A DNA stretch of 64,000 nucleotides from Catajapyx aquilonaris (taxonomy: Eukaryota), in assembly GCA_000934665.2 (NCBI GenBank), contig JYFJ02000533.1, forward strand, positions 1-64,000, given 5' to 3'. Under the pieces are notes generated by a model that was not told the DNA's origin, did no database searches, and worked only from the letters and a program-made list of their open reading frames with translations. Both the position numbers and the translations under genes were made by a program. Of the stretch, positions 55,601 through 64,000 are shown in pieces; within the stretch, counting starts at the first letter, position 1, and every line of letters starts with the position of its first letter.

Positions 55601-57003
55601 AAGGTGATAACCCTCAAATGGGTCGTAATTGAGTTATCACCTTCTTCTCCCGGACCCTTCATTATCCCTCTTCTTTTTTTGGACATATGGATTACAATAG
55701 GGTTCGGGAGAAGAAGGTGATAACTCAATTACGACCCATTTGAGGGTTATCACCTTCTTCTCCCGAACCCTTATTTTGTAACAGTTACATAAGGAGGCAG
55801 CCCAAGTTAGTTGAGAATGCTCTTGACAAGGCAGAGATTCACAAGGCTACATGAAGAAACAAAAGACAGTAATTTTGCCTTCGTCTTCACACTAGCCAAC
55901 CATTTTCTACGTTGATGGGTGTTAAAAAAATTGTAATTAGTATTTCTATTGGCATCAAGGAAGACCGCATAAATTCTTATTAGTCCAATAACTATGTGTC
56001 AGCATAATTGGCAGTTAGGTTCCTGTGGGAGGCATTAATGCTTAGTTTAGATGTGTTGGAGTTATAGATTCTGATTTTTTTTTTCTTCAGCCAGGGCTAG
56101 AAAGCTGATCTCTTATTCACCATGCCATCTTGCTACCTTGTGCCTTTTTAAAATTTATTTTATATGCCAATTGGCATTACACCTATGCTAGACTTATAGC
56201 ATGCTTCAAGTGCATGAACCGTCTGAATGAAACTGTGCATCAACAATTTATTGTTCGTTCATCTGAGCATGTGCTGTGCTTATAAAAGTTGCTGACCCCA
56301 TTAGGGAACCTGGTGGACTGTGTAACGTTGCTTGGTTTAGTTGGCTGGTAAGACAGACAATAATAATTTTTGTTTTTTGACCAAGTAGTGTCATGCAATG
56401 TTGTTACTTGACACATTCATTATGCCGTAAGCTTGGAAATTCTCAGAGCAACAGCATTTTGTAGCCATTCTGTCCATATGAATTGTGCCCAAGTCAATGC
56501 TACACGATCAGAAGTCTTGTCACACATGATTGTGTGTTACAAGAATAAGACAGACCGACAGTGATTTCTGCTCCAATATGCATCCCGACTTATTATGTAA
56601 CTGTCAGAGGGAAGGTTGTAACCCTTTGTTAGTTGTATCCGAAATAGAGTGACCTCATTGTTTGGAGGTGGCTTATCATGCAGTATCTGAATCTTCATTG
56701 GATTTGATTTATAGGGTTAGTTAGTCACTTGGCAATCCCAAGCAGTAGGGTGAGCTTGTACTTAATCAGTTATTTTCACCCCATGTTCTCTGGTAGCTAT
56801 TGGGCATGATCCAATGCTTATTAGGTCTCATTACAAACGAGGAGTCCTGCCCGGAATTCTTATGCAATGCTTGTTTTCTGTTCTTAGGTAAAAAGACATT
56901 ACATGATACCCCATTTGCTGGATCAGAAGCCCAAGCAAAACAGGATAAAAGCGAGAAAAGTGAAGGGATTTTGAGTAGACTGAAGAGAACTATATTTGGC
57001 TAA
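49644..57003 (+). CDS. DNAJA3: Mitochondrial type-I J-protein Tid1 / l(2)tid / DNAJA3 (long isoform)
   Basis: Exons 49644-49830, 49924-50138, 50199-50435, 50556-50856, 51045-51238, 52446-52659 and 56888-57003. Arg/Ala-rich presequence, J-domain (DYYDILGV...YHPD), [11 protein letters not shown], four CxxCxGx(G/R) repeats, GDHYVHIKI, and the tail [12 protein letters not shown]. Confidence 0.96.
51841..51880. mobile_element. Possible solo pogo/Tigger-like terminal repeat
   Basis: The reverse complement reads TA-CGGTGGAACCGCGTACTTCGAAC with a repeated TTCGAA, resembling CAGTGGAACC-type TIRs. No partner end was found. Confidence 0.3.
55582..55775. repeat. Nested palindrome: two 77-bp inverted units, each itself a hairpin
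   Basis: 55582-55658 matches the reverse complement of 55699-55775 with 2 mismatches. Each unit is a 26-bp arm, a 21-nt spacer and an inverted 26-bp arm. Confidence 0.95.
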
Positions 57004-57090
57004 GCGAGGTCGGTTTCACACACATTTTGACACTAAAAGTAAATGCTTACTTTTTTCCCCCACCCTGTCCTTTCTTCTAATACTTCTCAG

Positions 57091-57236
57091 GAGGCAAAGC
57101 AGTTCAGGAACAGACTGAGCCGCTCCGCCTGCTCAAAGCAAGCTTGAATGGAAACGTGGAGGAATTGGTCGGTAAGAAATTGGCGGACAATCTGGACGAC
57201 CAACCAACAGACACCAAGCGAGGGAACCTGTCGTAG
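57091..57236 (+). CDS. DNAJA3: Alternative terminal exon of Tid1/DNAJA3
   Basis: Polypyrimidine tract plus AG at 57089-57090. A phase-1 join to the donor after 52659 gives (G)GKAVQEQTEPLRLLKASLNG...KRGNLS*. AATAAA signals follow near 57312 and 57355. Confidence 0.7.
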
Positions 57237-57907
57237 AGTCAACACCAGTCCAGACATTTTCCTATTGTTGAGACCCATAGTCAAACGCTGTAAAGATTAT
57301 TGGTGCAAGGCAAATAAACCTATTTATTTGCCCCCCCCAGTCAGTGCCTCTGTAAATAAAAAAGTGGCCGTACTCAAGCTGCTCCGGTTTTAATGTCACA
57401 CATTTCAGCATTGAGCAACTAGATGCAACCGTAGTTGCATTCCGCCAGATCATTGCACCCCCGCAGACAATGCGGGGCATGCATTTGTCTCCAACATCCC
57501 CAACCGTGCAGCAAAGGATATGCAGCCAAACGTGAGTCGGTAAGGAAGGTAGTTAAGAGGGATCAAGGACCAGCGAGTGGCCTTTAATCCGAAGCTACGT
57601 CATTGGGAGTGATAAAAGCAGTCAGGGGGCGAGGGTGGGGGCGGTGGGTAGTAGTAGTAGGAGGCAGTAGTTGGGGGGAGGAGGGGGCAAAATAGAGGAG
57701 TGTTGAATCCATCCGGTGGCGTGGTCAGTAAGTTTCCTCCACTGCACTGGTAGAGTATGAAGTCAGCAAAACGTGAGTACCCCACGATTTTTGTAATTTG
57801 CCGCCTGAAAAATACATGCATTTTTTATTCGACATTTAAAAAAAAGAGCGAAGACTCGAGTCTGAAGAGTGGTCTTGGATGCGACGGTGACCATCAGTGA
57901 GTGGACA

Positions 57908-60900
57908 ATGAACGGGGATGTCGGAAGGAAGTCGGAAGGCCGTTTGGAGAGACCCGACGGTGGTTGGGGATGGCTAGTGGTTTTCGGAAGCATGGTAGTC
58001 ATGGTGAGTGCTTCCGAAATAATGAGACACCCGGTGTAATTACAAAAAAAAAAAAGTTGAAGGCCGATTGATACCAGTGATGGTCAGGGTCACAACAGGT
58101 GTGATGAAAAAAAAAAACTGTGGCAATGGGTCAAATTTTCGTCCCACTAACTTAGCAGTAGTGCTAACTAAGCAGTGGAACGAATATTCGACCTATTGGC
58201 ACTACTATTTGGGGTTCATTGGCACGGGCCAAATTGAACCAAGGGCAGCTTCAGAGAGTACTGTTTGATGACAATGGGAAGTTGACTGTGTGGTGGAGTG
58301 TACTCAAATATGTTCAAGGTCTCTCGCACTGCGCACTTGGGGAATCGAAAAATACGTGCACTTCATCATGTGGTTGTGAAAATTGCGACATGATCAGACG
58401 ATTTACGCGCGTACCGTTTGCATATTTGCACTCTTGTTGTATAATACACTGGAGGCCACAAGTGTTGTTTTGCTACTGAATATTCATAGCATTATATTCG
58501 TCCGGTGCATGAACTCCACCCGATTACATCTGGTCGAAATCATTAAGGTCAGGAAGACATTCCCTGATACAGACCTACATGAAAAAAAATGTACGATTTC
58601 CTGAACTATTAATATATTCATACACACATTTTGACACCAGTGATTGATTGCCCATACATAAGACCTGCGCATTGTTCCGACCGCACATGTAATCAAGCTC
58701 TATCCTTGAAAGATGGAAAAAGTACAGTACGTGATAAACGGGCTTATGCTTTTTCTTTTGCGGCAGTTCCGCCTATATGTACACAGTGCTGTAAATTCGG
58801 TGTGGTTTTCACCCCGCGGGTCGTATTACCCTGCATGAAATATTCAGAGAACGCCTTTTGAATACCTGAATGGTCTTAGAGGCTCGTTATGGATATCAGA
58901 CCACGCGTTTTTGATATGGCAAATGAATATGTGTTAGGTGCTTGGCTGGTCACACCTCTTTCATGAATTGACAGGGGTGGATAAAGGTATGGTAAAATTT
59001 TCGGCCAGGTAAATTTTGAGGAAATTCCACGACACGCATTTTGGCATAGTGCTAACGGCCGGCTTGTGAAATAATCTGCTGCTATCAATTCCTTGTCATC
59101 GGTGATTATCTACATTTTCACGTGCTTCTTACGTATCTTTTCGCCTATACTTGTTGACTTGGAAGTTCCGGCAGCTTTGTTAGGAAGCGCGAGAGTGTAC
59201 AGCCTTGTCAGTAGCTTATTAGGAGCAATTAGCAAATGTGGTTGTTAACATATTATGACAGCATAGGGATGGGAGAAGAGAGAATACTACGGTGTACTTT
59301 CAATGGTGCGCTGGGTGCACCAAGGCTAGCATTATAATTGATTATAAGGGGGCATCTTATGGATCAGCGATTAATTATGCATCCTGTCCACTGGCTGGGA
59401 ACTGTTTGGTTGTCTCATGCTCTCATCATTGTAGAATAATTGTAACTTCCGGTTTAAAAAAAATAGATGTATGGACACATTCACTGCCAGATAATTACTC
59501 TAAATTATGCAGGCAGACCAAAGGGTACAGTGCGGTCCATTAAAATACGAGCATGTTGTCACGACAGCCCCAATATTGCTCGTTAATAACAATAATGAAA
59601 TGAATCTTCTAAATACGAGGCTGTTTTATAGTCGGATAATTCGGGGGGGGGGGGCACTGTAAAAGACAGTTTTAATAGAAAANTAATAGAAAATGAGACG
59701 CATATTTCAAATTAACATACTTAATGACACAACATTATCATTATCTATGTTTTCAGTATTTCAGGCCTATTATACAGTATACAGTATTAGCATTTGCAAT
59801 AGATATTATCAATTATGTACAAGTACGATAGCTCGGAGCAATATGAGATTGAGCAAGGATGACTGATGCATTTATTGCCATTTCCTAATGAGACTGACAG
59901 TACAAGCTGTCATTGCAGTTAATTTTAATGTACCGGTAATTTACGTGTTCTTGCAACATGAGCGCACAGTATTAACTCTTTCCACATTATTGAAATATCA
60001 CCAATTTCTTTTGAGAGTAAGCTCTGTGTTAATTGACGCAATCAGTGTCAATTTCAATAAATACCAGTTCTTATAACTTAGACGGAAAAATATAACTAAG
60101 AATTGCGTCAGAGTTAGAATAGTATAGGAAGCAGGGTGTGTATTTTTGCTCGTTTCTAATCATTTGAAAATTCCCCACGCAACCGCACATCCAGTGTTGG
60201 GTGATAACTTCACTGAGATCTCCTGTAAATCCGTATACATGTACGTAGGAATATAAATAGTTTTATAAACACAAATCTCACGTCACATTATTGTGGTTGA
60301 GTTTCATGGACGCATTTTATATTGTCAAAACATGCACTTACTTCCTTTGCCATGAACTTAGCAAAGAATCTTCCATTTCAAGTTAATCACGTCAAACTAC
60401 TTTTTAATTAAAGCTGTTATCGAAGTCATCCTGAATATGACGTTATCGATAGAGCAGAAGAGAAGAAATCGGTGCTCCCAAAGTTTAACAATTTGCGTAG
60501 ATTTCTCCGGCGTAGACGAGAAGAAAATAATAAAACCGGTTGATTATTATCTCGGGTATGTACACTGTACAGCTGCATTTCTAGACTGAAACAATATGAT
60601 CGGAGGGGGAACTTTGTACGGGTTATCTGTAAAAATATATACAGTATATAGCAGACGTATTGAAATGTACACAAAATAAGAAATATAGGTCTGGTCGTGA
60701 TATTTCAATGCGCGATTACGCCCATGCTTTTTGTAGTACTCCCATATGTTTATTACCGATGGATGGGGCTTGAATTAATTTAGTTGTTACGGAGAAACAC
60801 ACGTCGAGAATATTCATCGGGTGTAAATTGCAATTGCACTGATTTCATTTGTTCAATGCCATAATCATTCCATCTACTCACGAGTCAGTCGTGCTCAAGT

Positions 60901-63900
60901 GAATGGAGAAAGGTATAAATAATCTATATCTTGACTTACATAACAACTACTAACAGTGCTATGTGTAATGAGAGTGATGCACTTTCTATCACCTTCTAAA
61001 CCAGCTATTTTGAATACCAATGGTGACATCAGGCAATTTTTCAGTGTTCAAACTGATTGATAATGCCAAAAGTGTGTTAACAGGCATGAAAATAAGTACA
61101 TAAAAGAGGCCGTGGCACCTGACACTAATAGTGCTTCTAATTTTGCATTATCTGTTTGCTTAGCTGGGTTGTAATAGCGCAACGTTAATCCACTACAGAG
61201 ATATGAGCCATAAACGGTGTTTTAGTATTTTACAGCCACGATTACACACCACTTGCTTGTACACACTCACGGCACCTTTTATTATTTATTACGGCAATGC
61301 AATCAAAAAATATTATGCGCCGCACATTTTTGCCTCTGACAAAATCACATCTAACAAATGTTTTCAGATCTTGGTGTCCTTCTGCTATGCTGGCTTTGGG
61401 TTAATCTTTCCAGCGAAACTGACCGCAGACGGAGTGCAAACATCGTCCATTGCCTGGCTGCTCAGCCTGCAGTTTGCAGTTGCAAGTCTGATGAGTAAGT
61501 TGCAATCATGCACTCGTTTCAAGTTATTCACTTCCTACACCTATGGATTGCTATCGAGCCCTTAACTTATCAAGAGACGCCCTACCTTTGCGCAGTTGGA
61601 TATTGAGTTGGCCCAGATAAATGACAAGGCAAAGTCGCCTTGAGATAATGGTGACTTGGACTGAGAGACCAAAAAAAAAAAAAAAAGAGAGGCTCTTGCA
61701 TGAAGAATACTGATATCAGTGGATTATATGTTAGGTTTGTTTGATTTTTCCAGGTCCTATTGCTGGCCCGCTGGCAACTATCTATTCGCATCGGAAGGTT
61801 GTCTTCACTTCTGGTCTGCTATGTGGGATCGGATACATTCTGACTGCATATGCTCCCAGCACACTGACGATGTACATAACATACCCTCTGTTCGTAGGTA
61901 AGATTATCGCGAGTAGGCACATATTGAATCAGTGCCAGAGCAGGCTTGAAGGGCCCAGAGCAGTCCTATAACTCAACCAATGTTCAAGGGAGTAAAAGAA
62001 ACTTGAAATGCATATCCATTGCCACGAGCAATATCGTTTGTGTGCCAAAAGTTTTGGGGGAAAAAAATCCACCGATACGGCAATGCGCTAAACTATGAAA
62101 CACATGCTAATGTTGTAAAAAAAAAGAAAACTGCAAACCTAAAAGTTAGTCATAATTATCTTAGAACGAAATAATAACGTAGAGTTGCACCTCTCGTTGA
62201 ATGCAGAGTATCCTGCAAGTTAGACATCCTCTTTAACAAGGGAGTCACAAGGGTTGCTCTCAACTATTACCGGCAGGATAAAATGAGCATTCCTGTTTCA
62301 TGTACTCAGGTGCTGAAACACTGATAAAATGCTCTGATAAACACCTGCACATGATATGAAGAATGAATTAAATCACATATTTTTGGACGTTGCTCTTTTT
62401 GGGCAGAGCAATAATTTCGACATTGTAACCAGCTTGAAAACTTATTTCAGGAATCGGTGTGGGACTGGCTACGAACACGTCTTTCCTCCTGTTCACCAAC
62501 TACTTCGAGAAACGCCGTGGACTTGCCAATGGCTTCTTCGTCGTGGGCAACTCCCTGGGAAATGCCTTGACCCCGCTGCTCATCACTTTCCTCCTGTACG
62601 AATACAGGTTTCAGGGCACTCTCTTGATAGTGGGTGCCCTCATGCTCAACATATGCGTGTGTGCCTCCATTTTCCATCCGGTGGAGTGGCATCTGAAGGT
62701 GGTGGTACCGGGCAAGGATGGAAAGGACAGGGTGCGATACGTCCGGAGGAAGAAGCACGAAATGGCTACTGCGGGTCGGAAACGGAACGGATTCATCCAG
62801 GGTGACCATCCGCAACGGAATAGAAGCCGAAGCCGTACGTACAGCCTGATGTCCAACATACTTCTACCGGACATACCAGAGGAGACCAGCGAGGAGATAG
62901 ACGTGGAGACTCCGACCGAGACCAAGAGCATTGTGTTTGAGAATAAGCCAGTGACTGTCGGTGATTTTGTACGGCCGTCGTACCGTCGAAGTGTGTCGGC
63001 TATGACCCCGAGCGAGTACAAACGCAAACGTGAGCAGACCAGTGTGGCCACTTCCAGTCAAAAATCGTTGTCCGAAAGCGTCGATTTTTTGGAGCATATC
63101 GGAAACCCGTTCAACTCCTTCGGCAGCTTGTCCTCTGTATACACGGCCAAGTACATGGAGTTCCACGAGCAGCAGCCGGCCGAGAGGATGAAATGCATGT
63201 CGTTGAGGTGTCCTGTGAGAGAGGTGCTGAAACTGATCGAGTTCTCTCTCCTGAAGGACCCCAGCTATGTCAACATGGCATTGGGAAGTTCCTTGGTCTT
63301 CACGGCCATACCCAACATGAACATGTTCCTTCCGATGTACTTGTACTCTCTTGGTTTTGACACTGAGGAGGTGGCTTTGTGCTTCACATGTGTGTTTGTG
63401 GTGGATCTGGTCAGTAAGGTGTTCTCTTCATGGCTGTCGGACTTGGGGTTGTACAAGAGGAGGCATGCATTTATGCTTGGAAGCCTGCTCATCAGTGCGA
63501 CTGTTTTTAGTTAGTACTAACTATCTTCAATTAATTGAGTGCGTGGATGGACGTCAAGAAAAATGTCTCCAAATAACTTTTCTTGCCTTCCATCTTCTCA
63601 GGTATCTTAAGCAATGTCGCTACCTGACACTCTAAATTATTTTTTTTGACAGGTTTGAGTTTCTTCAAGACCTACGGTATTCTGGTAGCTTGCAGCTCCA
63701 TGTACGGCGCAGCTCGCGGTCTGGTGTTTGCCAACATGTCGCTGATGTACGGCGAGAGGTACGGCATCGAGAAGCTGCCCTCAGCTTTTGGATTGGCCCA
63801 ACTTGTTCTCTGTGCGATCAGTCTTATTTCTAGTCCACTTATAGGTAAGGACAGTATGTCACCAAAGTCACTAAAAGCAAACTGCAAGTTTGGTGCAATG

Positions 63901-64000
63901 TTTTGCAAGAAGATGAGTTTCTTTTTGTGCTATTCAGGGCTTGTTACACGTTGTCATTGTCTTTCAGGATTGGTCCGGGACATAACTGGAAGCTTCTCCT
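57908..64000 (+). CDS. Monocarboxylate transporter-like MFS protein (SLC16 family), 3' end beyond the window
   Basis: Exons 57908-58003 (RPDGGWGWLVV signature), 61368-61494, 61754-61897, 62451-63509 (YFEKRRGLANG and large cytoplasmic loop), 63653-63844 and 63968-64000+ (GLVRDITGSF). Confidence 0.93.
59673..59693. other. Single N flanked by a duplicated 10-mer; likely assembly join artefact
   Basis: taatagaaaa-N-taatagaaaa, with the N at 59683. Confidence 0.7.

Noticed and set aside
55582..55775. CRISPR-like repeat-spacer appearance
   Set aside because: The repeats alternate in orientation, the two spacers are reverse complements of each other, the context is a eukaryotic intron, and there are no cas genes.
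60437..60556. Possible alternative first exon of the MCT gene (MTLSIEQKRR...)
   Set aside because: Its donor phase does not match the phase-0 acceptor at 61368, and it lacks the PDGGWGW motif present at 57908-58003.

Overview
Eukaryotic, intron-rich genomic DNA, most likely an arthropod (inferred from a pod1-type coronin-7, a crimpled-like Ly6 gene and many ~55-100 nt introns). I see no prokaryotic operons, CRISPR arrays, rRNA or tRNA genes. I spliced seven protein-coding genes by hand using GT/GC-AG sites and phase continuity. (1) KY/hillarin-like transglutaminase-fold gene (-, 2441-6181). (2) Orphan secreted protein rich in dibasic sites (+, 25613-28385). (3) crimpled-like Ly6 gene (-, 30821-31993). 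(4) Coronin-7/pod1 (+, 36029-45078), with one GC-AG intron. (5) Orphan 5-exon gene of ~690 aa (+, 46510-49179). (6) Mitochondrial DnaJ Tid1/DNAJA3 (+, 49644-57003), with an alternative last exon at 57091-57236. (7) SLC16/MCT transporter (+, 57908 to beyond the window end). About 19 kb (6.3-25.6 kb) holds no gene I can identify. Mobile or palindromic DNA includes a TA-flanked MITE, a ~415-bp foldback element, a rearranged mariner relic, and a near-perfect nested palindrome in a Tid1 intron. The most intriguing leads are all unverified: the orphan gene at 46.5-49.2 kb (possible partitivirus-capsid-like N-terminal half, degenerate KH-like motif, possible in-frame splice to coronin-7), the orphan prohormone-like gene, and the nested palindrome.
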